Part shown: piece by piece, positions 49,181 through 58,669 of the stretch | Numbering within the stretch: the first letter of the stretch is position 1 | Layout of the letters: the number at the start of each line of letters is the position of its first letter | Source of the DNA: a virus | DNA: 64,000 nucleotides | Reading direction: 5' to 3' (one strand) | Virus record (IMG/VR): IMGVR_UViG_3300015370_000013 | Span: 31,717-95,716 of that record | Notes under the pieces: model-generated | Told to the model about the DNA's origin: nothing | The model's input: the letters and a program-made list of their open reading frames with translations, nothing else | The model's database searches: none | Translations under genes and position numbers: made by a program

Positions 49181-50925
49181 GTGACGGCAAATGGGAATCA
49201 CTATCAGTTAAAGCCCCGGCAAACCTACTTGACCCCGTAAAGGAGACGCTAACAACCATCTCCCATACGGTAATCGCGGTTAATGCGCTACAGGTGGCTA
49301 TCTTTAAAGCCTTCATCCTTCTCACATCTACGGTGTTGAACAGTAATGAGCTACTTTTAAAGACAGCACTCACGACCATTGAAACAATCCTCGATAAGTT
49401 CACCAAAGACGGGCGCGTACACCTGCTTCCCGTCGCTCCCTTCCCTCAAAACCCATTTGATGAATCCGACGCGATTGCCGTCTCCTCAGGTGAAGACTCG
49501 TGGTCCTTGAACGACACCATGACAGACGCGGAGCGTAAGGCGTTTAGCGATACAATGGCTGTAATCGCAAAAGCTGACCGCGGTAACGAAGGCTTTGCAC
49601 GTATCGTTGTTGAATCAATCTACGACGAGGCCGATTCCCAGCGACCACAATACGACAACGACTGCGCTATCTTTGCTCTCGTTATCGTTACGGGGGGTAG
49701 CAGCTTCATACAGGTAAATAAAGCCCTACAATCCCTCAAGCGAATATTTGGTACAGCGCTCAAGAATAATAGTTTGATTCCCGATGATGCGTTCAAATCA
49801 GTGAAAGAGCTGAAAGCCACGCCCATCGCATCGCCGGAAAGTACAGGCATTGGTGTTTTACTCTCGTGGGTAAACCCACCCACCATGCAAACATTGCCAC
49901 GATACGGTAATGACTTTGTGCGCCTTGAGGAGTTAGCCATTATACGGTCCACCGACGACCAGGCGATGCTTGCCACTAACTGGGGAGACCTGTTCGGTGC
50001 TACCCAACCTACGGCCTTACCTGAAAGCACACCATCAACCACCAGCAGCATAGTCTCCGCGAATAAAAAAACCAAGGTCATTTACCGTTTTCGTTTTAAC
50101 GGTGTGCGTACAAACTACATAGACGACGACGCGGCTCTACTAAGAGACACCGATTATTACTACAGCGTTGCTTACCGGTACTCCATCGCCGGTGGGACAG
50201 CCCCGGGCGACACCGCCACGAACGTGGCCTTTGTCATGCAAGATTACGACGGAATTAGCAACGTCGCCAAGGTACGTATCGCCGCGCAGCTCGCACCGTC
50301 GCGCGGTGTTGCTCCGGACTGGATTACACATACCTCACTCCTCAACCTCATCCCCTCCTTGGCGTTCGCCGTCAACGCTATAAAAGCGTACGTAACCAGC
50401 TACAAATCACGCCTCACCGGGGGGTTCCAAGCTCTACAAGCCTACGTGGCTTTCTTAGAGGCGGAGGGACTCCGCTACGCCGAGTACGTCACACAGATCA
50501 CCGCAGAACTCGCCAAACTCAAAGACATCCTAAATATACCTGCGACGGGTATATACGTCACAACCATCGAACTCCCCACAGGGGGGATCAACGGCTTCGC
50601 GTCGGAGCTCGCTAAGCGCCTCTCTGACCAAGCGGACACTTCAGCACCTCCCTTCTTCAAGAGTGGTTTGGTCGGCGGTGTTGTGCTGCTCGCGGGTGCG
50701 ACGAACCCCGCCTCGCTACAGAGCACCAAGGATTTCATCAACTTACTCTTCAACCCACCCGCAGTCACCGCCTGGGAAGCGGCTGTCGCATCAATTGACC
50801 AGGCACTCACCGCTGTCGAGACTGCGGCGACCAGCAGCACTGTCGCGGCTCAAGTCACCTTCAACGACGCAATGGAGCCTGTTGCCGCTACAAGCGATGA
50901 AGCGAACGTACCTTTTGACCCCTAA
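49177..50925 (+). CDS. Putative virion/baseplate protein
   Basis: 582 aa; FN3-like core (LSW..P...YYYSV) between helical arms. Confidence 0.55.
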   Translation: MSDGKWESLSVKAPANLLDPVKETLTTISHTVIAVNALQVAIFKAFILLTSTVLNSNELLLKTALTTIETILDKFTKDGRVHLLPVAPFPQNPFDESDAIAVSSGEDSWSLNDTMTDAERKAFSDTMAVIAKADRGNEGFARIVVESIYDEADSQRPQYDNDCAIFALVIVTGGSSFIQVNKALQSLKRIFGTALKNNSLIPDDAFKSVKELKATPIASPESTGIGVLLSWVNPPTMQTLPRYGNDFVRLEELAIIRSTDDQAMLATNWGDLFGATQPTALPESTPSTTSSIVSANKKTKVIYRFRFNGVRTNYIDDDAALLRDTDYYYSVAYRYSIAGGTAPGDTATNVAFVMQDYDGISNVAKVRIAAQLAPSRGVAPDWITHTSLLNLIPSLAFAVNAIKAYVTSYKSRLTGGFQALQAYVAFLEAEGLRYAEYVTQITAELAKLKDILNIPATGIYVTTIELPTGGINGFASELAKRLSDQADTSAPPFFKSGLVGGVVLLAGATNPASLQSTKDFINLLFNPPAVTAWEAAVASIDQALTAVETAATSSTVAAQVTFNDAMEPVAATSDEANVPFDP

Positions 50926-50943
50926 GAGAACTTCAACTACAAT
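50915..50943 (+). promoter_or_regulatory. sigma70-like promoter giving a probable leaderless mRNA
   Basis: TTGACC-N17-TACAAT, 7 nt before the ATG at 50951. Confidence 0.65.
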
Positions 50944-50950
50944 TGGACCA

Positions 50951-51265
50951 ATGGCAAACTACGAACCTTACATGGATGATCCGGCTATGGGACCTGGTGG
51001 AACGTACGAGCGTCCTACCGAAACCCCCTCATGGTATTTACCTGCGGGATTAGCAGCCGGTGCCCTGTTGGGGTACGGTGCCCTGCGTAGAATACGAGGC
51101 GGAATAAGGCGGGGTGTGGAGAAGGGGACCGGGTCATTCCGTCAAGGATGGCACGAAGCGACACCCCAATTCCAACACCGTAACTGGACCATCCAACAAC
51201 AACACCCTAAAATGATCTGGCGTGAACGCGGCGTTGATGCTGCTAAGAAAGGAGTAGGACTGTAA
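50951..51265 (+). CDS. Small single-TM protein
   Basis: ETPSW...LGYGALRR resembles ETPTW...LGYGLMRR of 45485. Confidence 0.55.
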   Translation: MANYEPYMDDPAMGPGGTYERPTETPSWYLPAGLAAGALLGYGALRRIRGGIRRGVEKGTGSFRQGWHEATPQFQHRNWTIQQQHPKMIWRERGVDAAKKGVGL

Positions 51266-51267
51266 CA

Positions 51268-51885
51268 GTGTACCCCCTCCTCCCCACCCGCCTCCTCGCT
51301 CTCAGACAGCAATGGGGTACTGTGCTCAACACCTACCGCGATAACATCCCGTTGGGGTATCTTGTTGCGCACATGGTCGCTGACTCCAACGGTGTTTCAA
51401 CCGTGGTGAGTACCGATCGGATAAAGAGGCCACAAGGGTTGATGCAAGTCCCTCTACGCGACGCCACCCGTTTCAGCTACACCGAGAAAGCTCTACAGAA
51501 GGACACCACCAATCTGCAGGCTGCAGCCAAGGTCATCAACCTCTACTCCGAGCTGCTGCACAACACCTACCCCCTCGTTTGGCCCACCGCCACGCAGGAC
51601 TTTTGGTGTGCTGTGCGCCTACTTTACCTCGTAAACTTGACGTCATTTAGTAACTTGATGACTCAGCTTACAGGCACCAAAACGCTGGATATTCTGCTGG
51701 CCTACATGACCGGACGGACAACGCGTCTGGGACGTTGGCACCCTCGTGACCTCAAACGGTTTGCAACGCACATCGCCGAATTCCGTGTAGCTCTACGTTT
51801 ACTGGACGGGGCTACCGCACCCGGCTATCATGCATCACTCATCCCACCTCCACCAGGTGGCGCACTTATGCAGGAGACACAATGA
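51268..51885 (+). CDS. Lytic transglycosylase-like (SLT) protein, possibly degenerate
   Basis: GLMQV motif and a downstream N-L..A; DS in place of the catalytic ES. Confidence 0.55.
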   Translation: MYPLLPTRLLALRQQWGTVLNTYRDNIPLGYLVAHMVADSNGVSTVVSTDRIKRPQGLMQVPLRDATRFSYTEKALQKDTTNLQAAAKVINLYSELLHNTYPLVWPTATQDFWCAVRLLYLVNLTSFSNLMTQLTGTKTLDILLAYMTGRTTRLGRWHPRDLKRFATHIAEFRVALRLLDGATAPGYHASLIPPPPGGALMQETQ

Positions 51886-52391
51886 ATCCCCATCTCGAAA
51901 TGGCTTACACCATCGGTGCTGCTACCGCACAACGGGACTTCGAAAAGGACGCCGAAGGGGGTACAGCCGAAGATTTCCTGACGGGCCTCACGGGCGCTGT
52001 TCCTGGTTACGGTCCCGCCCTCTCCGGCATCACCAGTGGGCTAACAGGTCCCCAGGGCGGAAAAGCCCTGACGGGACTGGCCACCACCGGAGGTAGTGCT
52101 GCGGGTCAAGCCATCGGGGGTATCGGTGGTGGTCTCGTGGGCGCAGGGTTGGGTGCCGGGGGTATCGCGCTGGCTCGTGCCCTCGGCGCAGATCCCGACT
52201 GGACTCCCAGTGAAGGTGCACAGCTGGGTGCACTACTTGGAGGCGGTCTGGGCATGATGGGCGGTGGTGCCTACGGCGCGACGCAGGGAAGACAGTTCGG
52301 ACAAGACCGTGCTGCTGAAAAAGAGCAAGCGGCGGAACAACAGCAGCTGATGCAGTTGCTCCAACAATATCAACAAAGCCAAGGACAATAA
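51882..52391 (+). CDS. Tagged glycine-zipper protein
   Basis: AYTIGAATAQRDFEKDA plus GxxxG repeats. Confidence 0.7.
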   Translation: MNPHLEMAYTIGAATAQRDFEKDAEGGTAEDFLTGLTGAVPGYGPALSGITSGLTGPQGGKALTGLATTGGSAAGQAIGGIGGGLVGAGLGAGGIALARALGADPDWTPSEGAQLGALLGGGLGMMGGGAYGATQGRQFGQDRAAEKEQAAEQQQLMQLLQQYQQSQGQ

Positions 52392-52394
52392 CCA

Positions 52395-52754
52395 ATGGCA
52401 CGCAACCTAACAGTCACTGCTGAAGTTGAGTGGCCCCTTGAAGACGGCAAACAAGCGGGAAAGATTCCCTTGGCGATCTCCTTGGCGTACACCTCAAATC
52501 TCAATTATGAGAAACTGTTCGCAGCACCCGTCGCAGACGAAGCTGTGACGTTACCCATGACCAGCGCGAAGTTCTTACTCCTGCGCGCCACAGGAAACGA
52601 CATCACCGCGAAGTTGAACGCCAACACCAACGCACTGACGCTCAAGAAAGACACAGGCTTTGTCATGGTCTGGTGCTCCGACGGAACCGTCACTGCCATG
52701 ACCGTAACAGTTGCAACACAGCCCGCTACACTTAAAGTGTTGGCGTTCGCCTAG
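52395..52754 (+). CDS. Putative structural protein
   Basis: 119 aa, beta-rich; AAGGA RBS. Confidence 0.6.
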   Translation: MARNLTVTAEVEWPLEDGKQAGKIPLAISLAYTSNLNYEKLFAAPVADEAVTLPMTSAKFLLLRATGNDITAKLNANTNALTLKKDTGFVMVWCSDGTVTAMTVTVATQPATLKVLAFA

Positions 52755-52763
52755 GAGAAGAGC

Positions 52764-53306
52764 GTGTTAAAGGTAGCCTACAATATCGGGGTACTCACAG
52801 CGCAACGGGACTTCTACGTAAAAACGGGAGGAGTCCTCAGTGACCTAGCCGCGCGTGGGGGTAACGTGTTACTGTCCGCCATCCCTGGAGCTGCGTTGGG
52901 TGCTGGAGCAGGGGGAATCACCGGCGCTGTTGCGTCTGATAGCGGTAACCGTTTACAGGGGGCACTTCAAGGAGCCGGTTTAGGCGCACTGCTGGGTGGT
53001 GCTGGGAGTCTTGCAGGGGCCTATGGGGGTGCGGGTGCAGGACGGGGATTAAAACGTCTACAACAGGGGAGTAAAGATGTACGCGCCGCAAACTACGAAA
53101 AACTTATACGTGCAAGAGGAGTAAAAGGTGAAGCTATGCCTTTTGCACAAAGAGACCAACTCAACACAGAACGACGTGACCTTATAGGTGGCGGCTCTGG
53201 TTTACTAGCGGGGGGTGTCGGTGGTGGTGTTGTTGGTGGACTCTCAGGTGCAGAACACGAGGATACTGCGATGGAGCGCCTAAAAGCGTTGCTGTCACAA
53301 CAATAA
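52764..53306 (+). CDS. Tagged glycine-zipper protein
   Basis: AYNIGVLTAQRDFYVKTG; paralogous to 53320 (SDSG.RLQG.LQGA). Confidence 0.7.
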   Translation: MLKVAYNIGVLTAQRDFYVKTGGVLSDLAARGGNVLLSAIPGAALGAGAGGITGAVASDSGNRLQGALQGAGLGALLGGAGSLAGAYGGAGAGRGLKRLQQGSKDVRAANYEKLIRARGVKGEAMPFAQRDQLNTERRDLIGGGSGLLAGGVGGGVVGGLSGAEHEDTAMERLKALLSQQ

Positions 53307-53319
53307 AGGACGGAATACA

Positions 53320-53925
53320 ATGACCCCACTACAGCTCGCACACAGTATTGGTGCTTTGCAAGCACAAGAGGATTTCAATAAACAAGCTGGAGTTACAAGT
53401 ATAGGGAGAGGAATTTTTGAACAGCTTGCAAAAAACCCTGCTGCTGCTGCGAAAGGTGTGAACTGGGCCGCACTACAGGGGGCTGGTACTGGCGCACTCC
53501 ACGGTGCGGGTATAGGTGCAGGAGTGGGCGGGCTCACTGGAGCGATTAGCAGTGACAGTGGAGAAAGATTACAGGGCGGTCTCCAAGGAGCGCTGGGTGG
53601 CGCAGCTCTGGGTGCGATCGGGGGCGGATTAGGTGGAGCGTACCGCGGTCTTCAAGCGGGTGGAAAAGGTTTAGGCGTAGGTGCATTAGATGGACGTGCA
53701 GTACCCCGACCAAGCCAAATCCAACGAGGTATACACGAAGGTTACTCCCCTGAAGGGATGACTGCATTGAAACGACAACTCGCCGGACGCGCAGGGCTCT
53801 ACGGCGGTGCCGTTGGTGGCCTCGCCGGTGGCCTCGCCGGACGTCAAGAAGCCCCCGAGTCCTGGTATAGCCCCCTCACCCGTGGCGCGTCCTCCGCGAT
53901 GCAGTCCCTGGGTATCGGTGGGTAG
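53320..53925 (+). CDS. Tagged glycine-zipper protein
   Basis: AHSIGALQAQEDFNKQA plus GxxxG repeats. Confidence 0.7.
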   Translation: MTPLQLAHSIGALQAQEDFNKQAGVTSIGRGIFEQLAKNPAAAAKGVNWAALQGAGTGALHGAGIGAGVGGLTGAISSDSGERLQGGLQGALGGAALGAIGGGLGGAYRGLQAGGKGLGVGALDGRAVPRPSQIQRGIHEGYSPEGMTALKRQLAGRAGLYGGAVGGLAGGLAGRQEAPESWYSPLTRGASSAMQSLGIGG

Positions 53926-55052
53926 TGACCTCCGCGTACCTCACCGGCGCTAAACACGCCTCGGCCCGTCTGGGTCTCTTAAAACTCCTGGAGGGACCTC
54001 TGGGGGAGACACTCACACGTATGCCTGTACAAGCCACCATGGGTGCGTTGGTCGGGGGAGCTTCGGGTTCCCTGTACGATCACCCGGTGGAGGGGGCACT
54101 ACTCGGCGCGTTGAGTGGCGGGTTGGGTGGGTTGGCTGTGGCGCAAGCGCCGCAGATACGGAAGGCGTTGATTAAACGACTCGCGAAGGCGGCGGGGGTC
54201 AAAGAAGCGATTGACCTTGGTGAGCTAAGAAAAATTACCACAAAAATTAAAGGGTTAATCCGACTCCCGAAACACGATCCCCGTACCGAAATCGGCCTCC
54301 ACGCTACGAATCCACACCTAAATAAAGCGTACGCAGCAGAACACTTACGTAACATCGAACGTATGCATATGTCGGGAGACCCGTGGCTAAATTGGGAGAA
54401 GGCCCAGTTAAGAAACGAATTAACCAAAGCCGCCAAACCCGGGCACATTTTCAGCACCGCAGGGGGGTCTGTACGTGGTGAAAAAATACGCGGACTGACA
54501 CCGAATCAATTCGAAGCACGTAATAGGTTGGGTCTAGCACACGAAGTCGATGAGACGGGGGTTAAACGAATCTCTACAGCCTTTGTAGAGCGTGCGCAAC
54601 ACGGTAACCCTGATGTGATTCTACGAGAGCACAACAGAGTGACCACACTACCCAAAAGTCTACGCCCTGCTGGAGATACTATAGTTGCTTTACGCACCGC
54701 TGGACCGGAGGCTCAATTAATCCGCGATGCCACAAAAACAATCAGTGGTCAAAGCGTACAGTTCGGACAAGGACCACGACTTAGTCGCCACGCAAGAAAG
54801 CGGATTGGTCAAAACATCGACCGCCAAACAGCCTATAAACAAGGCTCCTATGCTGCGATGAGAAAACTAGGAGGACTCACGACGCGAGGCATCAAAGACC
54901 CATTCAAAGAAATCCATCGCCAACAAACGCAAGCGTTCAAGGTGAAGATGCCTGAGATGGATACCTCCAAAATGTTGAAGCGTCTGTTCAACAATCCATT
55001 CTCTCAGCCGCAAAAACAACTAACGGGGCAATGGCCGGGGTTACGGGTATGA
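53925..55052 (+). CDS. Tagged multi-module protein (glycine zipper, unknown domain, second tag)
   Basis: AYLTGAKHASARLG; internal KEA; AYKQGSYAAMRKLGG. Confidence 0.65.
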   Translation: MTSAYLTGAKHASARLGLLKLLEGPLGETLTRMPVQATMGALVGGASGSLYDHPVEGALLGALSGGLGGLAVAQAPQIRKALIKRLAKAAGVKEAIDLGELRKITTKIKGLIRLPKHDPRTEIGLHATNPHLNKAYAAEHLRNIERMHMSGDPWLNWEKAQLRNELTKAAKPGHIFSTAGGSVRGEKIRGLTPNQFEARNRLGLAHEVDETGVKRISTAFVERAQHGNPDVILREHNRVTTLPKSLRPAGDTIVALRTAGPEAQLIRDATKTISGQSVQFGQGPRLSRHARKRIGQNIDRQTAYKQGSYAAMRKLGGLTTRGIKDPFKEIHRQQTQAFKVKMPEMDTSKMLKRLFNNPFSQPQKQLTGQWPGLRV

Positions 55053-55735
55053 GTTATTTCTATAACCGAGGTATCGAGTACGCGCTGCAAAAGTACGCAG
55101 TCTCAAACAATACACGACTAGTTGATGTCGGCGGAGCACTGGGTATAGCACTAGCCCCTGTGGTGCTTAGCGGCCCTATATATCGATTAAGTACAAAAGC
55201 AGAAGGACGTTACGCAAAGCCCCTAACAGACGCAGGAATTGAAACCCTACGTAAAAAAATGCATATCCCCAAGGATATTGTGATTCAACATATACCCCGT
55301 ATCCCTCCCCATTACGCGCCCGCGGCCCGTACTGTACGGATACCCCCAAGAGTACTACCGGGTACGCTAAGTCATGAGCTAGGTCACACTATATCACGAA
55401 AAGGTAAACTATTACCCGGTGCACTTGCAGGCCCTAGAGTGGGAGGGCTTCTATCATTAGCAGCACTTCCAGCAGCGATGTACCTCGACCCCGATAGCAC
55501 CACCGCAAAAGCGCTTCCACTTGCCACCACACTACCATGGCTACCACGCTTAGCTGAAGAAGCGCGTGCGTCTTTTCGTGGATACCGCGGTTTACGCGCC
55601 GCTAGACATGGGCGTTCTTCTCTGTTGACGTTACTACCCGCACTGGGGACTTATGCACTAGCCGCAACCGCACCAGCTGCTACATTAGAGTGGATTCGAC
55701 GACGTAGAGCTGCACGACAAGGGGGGTTCTCATGA
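55049..55735 (+). CDS. Tagged membrane zinc metallopeptidase
   Basis: FYNRGIEYALQKYA; PHY...SHELGH...EEARAS. Confidence 0.7.
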   Translation: MSYFYNRGIEYALQKYAVSNNTRLVDVGGALGIALAPVVLSGPIYRLSTKAEGRYAKPLTDAGIETLRKKMHIPKDIVIQHIPRIPPHYAPAARTVRIPPRVLPGTLSHELGHTISRKGKLLPGALAGPRVGGLLSLAALPAAMYLDPDSTTAKALPLATTLPWLPRLAEEARASFRGYRGLRAARHGRSSLLTLLPALGTYALAATAPAATLEWIRRRRAARQGGFS

Positions 55736-55909
55736 TCCAACATACATTCAAACAAGGGAGCGCCCACACCCTCTCCCGTCGCATGGCAAGCGTTCAAGGT
55801 GAAGATGCCTGAGATGGACACCTCTAAGATGTTGAAGCGTCTTTTCAATAACACATTCTCTCAGCCGCAAAAACAACTAGCGGGGTAATGGCCGGGGTTG
55901 CAGGTATGA
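55732..55909 (+). pseudogene. Chimeric duplicated segment
   Basis: 55744-55786 is identical to 57097-57139; 55786-55909 is a diverged copy of 54929-55052; joined out of frame. Confidence 0.8.
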
Positions 55910-57651
55910 ACGAAAACACAACGGATAGTGTATTAAACCTTGCAGGGTCCCTGGGCGCTGCCGCCGCGGTACCAGCTGCAGCGGTAGGGTATGGTGCTCA
56001 CCGTCTGTCCAAAGAATTACCTAAATATCGCCTCGTTGACCCTGCAACCCAAGGTAAAGCTGATGCGTTTAAAGCCCTCGGCGGGGATGCTACTTCCACG
56101 AATGCCTGGATTCGTAGCTATATTAGTCAGGGGAGTGAATTAGCGCGTGAACCCGTAATCACTTTACCGAGTGGAAAACAATACACGGGTGCCGGTGTTC
56201 AGCGAGCGATCCGTGGTAATTCCGGATTAGTGGGGCGTGCAGCAGAGCTTGCAACAGGTACACCTTTCACTCCTAGTTCCCAACTACACTACAAAGCATT
56301 TGAGAAGGGACCGCTCGCAGGGTATACCCGTATGGCCGCTGAGATATATGAAAACCCAGTACATACTCAACGTATACTCGGAGGGAACGCACACTCCTTC
56401 CACGGTCAAAAACAACTACGTAACGATTTTATGACCACAATCGGTGAAGCGCGATATGAAACCGCAAAACAATTAGCTGATCAAGGAAAGCTACACCCGA
56501 CACGTTTTCGTCAAGAACTCCCCAAAGTTCTGCAACGAAAACTTCCAGGCGTCCCAGCAGCGGAAGTAGCGGCATTAGCGGAGTCCCTTGAAGCCCGACT
56601 TCTAAACGCTGACCCCAAAACGTACCTCGAACATTTAAAAAGCGTTGGTGCCAACCAAGACGCCACAGTACTACAAGACAAATTGCTTCGTCATCTTGTA
56701 CCTGATCAAGACCGTAACGCCGCTAATATCGTCGGCAGAGAACTGCGACGTGCATCCAGACAACTTGGATACACAAAAGCACTCGGACAACTTGGACTAA
56801 ACGAACAAGAAAAAGTCCTCGCACATGCGTTACATGGGTCTTCTAATAACCCACTCCTACAATACCTGAATTTACGTCTCCGCGAAGGATGGAAGACCGC
56901 ACCTAAACAATACGGGAATATGATCGACCCCTTAGTACACTACGGTGGTGTACACCGTCGAATTAGTAGCGCTGTTAAAAACATTAAGCGTCTAGGAATC
57001 GGAGGAGCACTGTTGGGTGGTGGTTTAGCACTCGCCCCCTTGGCTGCTAAAGCACTAACTCCCGACAAACCTACAATAACAGACCAATTACGACGCACAT
57101 TCAAACAAGGGAGCGCCCACACCCTCTCCCGTCGCATGGAGTTCCAGGGCCTGAACATCTCCATCGAGACGGACAAGGGAGAGTATCGTCATTGGTATGA
57201 CCCGCACAAAGAAGAGTCAGGCAAAACGTTAATGAAGCACCCCTACGGTTACATACGCCGTACCCTGGGTGTGGACGGCGACCACTGTGACGTCTACGTA
57301 GGGCCGAACGAACAAGCCAAAAACGTCTACGTCGTCAACCAAATGAAGAAACCAAAAGACGGTACAAAAATGTGGACTGTCTTCGATGAGCAGAAACATA
57401 TGCTCGGTTTCAACACAGCAGCAGAAGCCAAAGCAGCGTACCTGCAACACTACGACGACCCTCGCTTTTTTGGTTCCGTAACAGCCATGCCTTTTGATGA
57501 ATTCAAAACGCAGGTGCTGAAGACTTTCGACGCGCCGAAACGTCAGCTAAAAATTTCCAGTGTGGCTTACCGGTTAGGCGTTCTACACGCACTAGAAAAA
57601 TTGGGGGGCGTCTACCGTGCATCCATACCAGTCCCAGGAGTTAGGTTATGA
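55906..57651 (+). CDS. Multi-module protein with polyvalent-protein-type inorganic pyrophosphatase domain
   Basis: GLNISIE..KG...YGYIRRTLGVDGDHCDVYVG...FDEQKHMLGF..AY; tag-like motifs on both sides. Confidence 0.75.
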   Translation: MNENTTDSVLNLAGSLGAAAAVPAAAVGYGAHRLSKELPKYRLVDPATQGKADAFKALGGDATSTNAWIRSYISQGSELAREPVITLPSGKQYTGAGVQRAIRGNSGLVGRAAELATGTPFTPSSQLHYKAFEKGPLAGYTRMAAEIYENPVHTQRILGGNAHSFHGQKQLRNDFMTTIGEARYETAKQLADQGKLHPTRFRQELPKVLQRKLPGVPAAEVAALAESLEARLLNADPKTYLEHLKSVGANQDATVLQDKLLRHLVPDQDRNAANIVGRELRRASRQLGYTKALGQLGLNEQEKVLAHALHGSSNNPLLQYLNLRLREGWKTAPKQYGNMIDPLVHYGGVHRRISSAVKNIKRLGIGGALLGGGLALAPLAAKALTPDKPTITDQLRRTFKQGSAHTLSRRMEFQGLNISIETDKGEYRHWYDPHKEESGKTLMKHPYGYIRRTLGVDGDHCDVYVGPNEQAKNVYVVNQMKKPKDGTKMWTVFDEQKHMLGFNTAAEAKAAYLQHYDDPRFFGSVTAMPFDEFKTQVLKTFDAPKRQLKISSVAYRLGVLHALEKLGGVYRASIPVPGVRL

Positions 57652-58187
57652 CACCCCTTAACCTCGCATATCAACTTGGCGCAATTCAAGCGGAGACTGA
57701 CTTCCGTAAACGAGCATCTCTCGCAACAATTGGTGGTGGTGCGCTACTCGGTGGTATAGGTGGAGCTATCAGTGGTAAAGACTACTCCGCTAAACGTATC
57801 TTGGGTGGTGCACTACTCGGTGGTACAGGTGGACATTTCGCTGGACAAGGTTTACAAGCATTACGTGCAGCACGTCAACCTACGGCGTTGGCACCAAAAG
57901 TAACTGGAGCAGCGCCTGTTGCAGCAGCGCCTGTTGCAGCAGCGCCTGTTGCAGCAGCGCCTGTTGCAGCAGCGCCTGTTGCAGCAGCGCCTCGCGCCGT
58001 CCCCCGTGCAGCACCACGCCCATCAGCGGTAGAGGACGCATCACGACGCGCAACAGAAGACGCTCAAGCACGTCTTCGCATGTATCAAGAAGGCGGTATA
58101 TCCCCCGCAGGATTAAATATCAAATACTCACCGGAGGACTATCAAGCCTTCCGTAGCGCGGGTATTAACCTCGACACATTGGTGTAG
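57648..58187 (+). CDS. Tagged glycine-zipper / Ala-Pro repeat protein
   Basis: MTPLNLAYQLGAIQAETDFRKRA leader. Confidence 0.7.
   Translation: MTPLNLAYQLGAIQAETDFRKRASLATIGGGALLGGIGGAISGKDYSAKRILGGALLGGTGGHFAGQGLQALRAARQPTALAPKVTGAAPVAAAPVAAAPVAAAPVAAAPVAAAPRAVPRAAPRPSAVEDASRRATEDAQARLRMYQEGGISPAGLNIKYSPEDYQAFRSAGINLDTLV
57909..57992 (+). repeat. 15-bp tandem repeat, about 5.6 copies, coding AAPVA
   Basis: (gcagcgcctgttgca)n. Confidence 0.9.
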
Positions 58188-58194
58188 GAAAAAC

Positions 58195-58659
58195 ATGACC
58201 CCTCTCAACCTCGCGTATCAACTCGGCGCAATTCAAGCGGAGACTGACTTCCGTAAACGAGCCGAAGACGACCTCGGTCTGGGTCCCAGCATTATCAAGA
58301 CACCGAGTCGCATGCCTATGCAACGTCCCGCCGCACCCATGCCTGCAGCACCCATGGTTCCTCGCGCTGCAGCTGCTCCGCGACGTATGCCCGGCACTGC
58401 TGTACCTGGTGGACCCATCGCACCTCCGGTCAACGACGGGATGCAGCAGCGGGAAATTGTAAACCCAAAGGCGCAGGCAGCGTACATGCAAAAAATTAAA
58501 AACCAACCGCTCTTCGCGCCGGGTTATAATCAAGCTCCGAAACCGACACCGAGGGCACCTGCGGTGAAGCCTGTTGTGAAACCAGCGGTGAACCCGTTCT
58601 CCAAAAGAACCAACTCCCTTGCACCAACTATAGACGGCAGCGGTTCACTGCGGTCATAG
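58195..58659 (+). CDS. Tagged Pro-rich disordered protein
   Basis: 23-aa leader identical to that of 57648. Confidence 0.7.
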   Translation: MTPLNLAYQLGAIQAETDFRKRAEDDLGLGPSIIKTPSRMPMQRPAAPMPAAPMVPRAAAAPRRMPGTAVPGGPIAPPVNDGMQQREIVNPKAQAAYMQKIKNQPLFAPGYNQAPKPTPRAPAVKPVVKPAVNPFSKRTNSLAPTIDGSGSLRS

Positions 58660-58669
58660 GAGCTAGACG

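Noticed and set aside
57909-57992. CRISPR array
   Set aside because: Contiguous 15-bp in-frame coding repeats without spacers.
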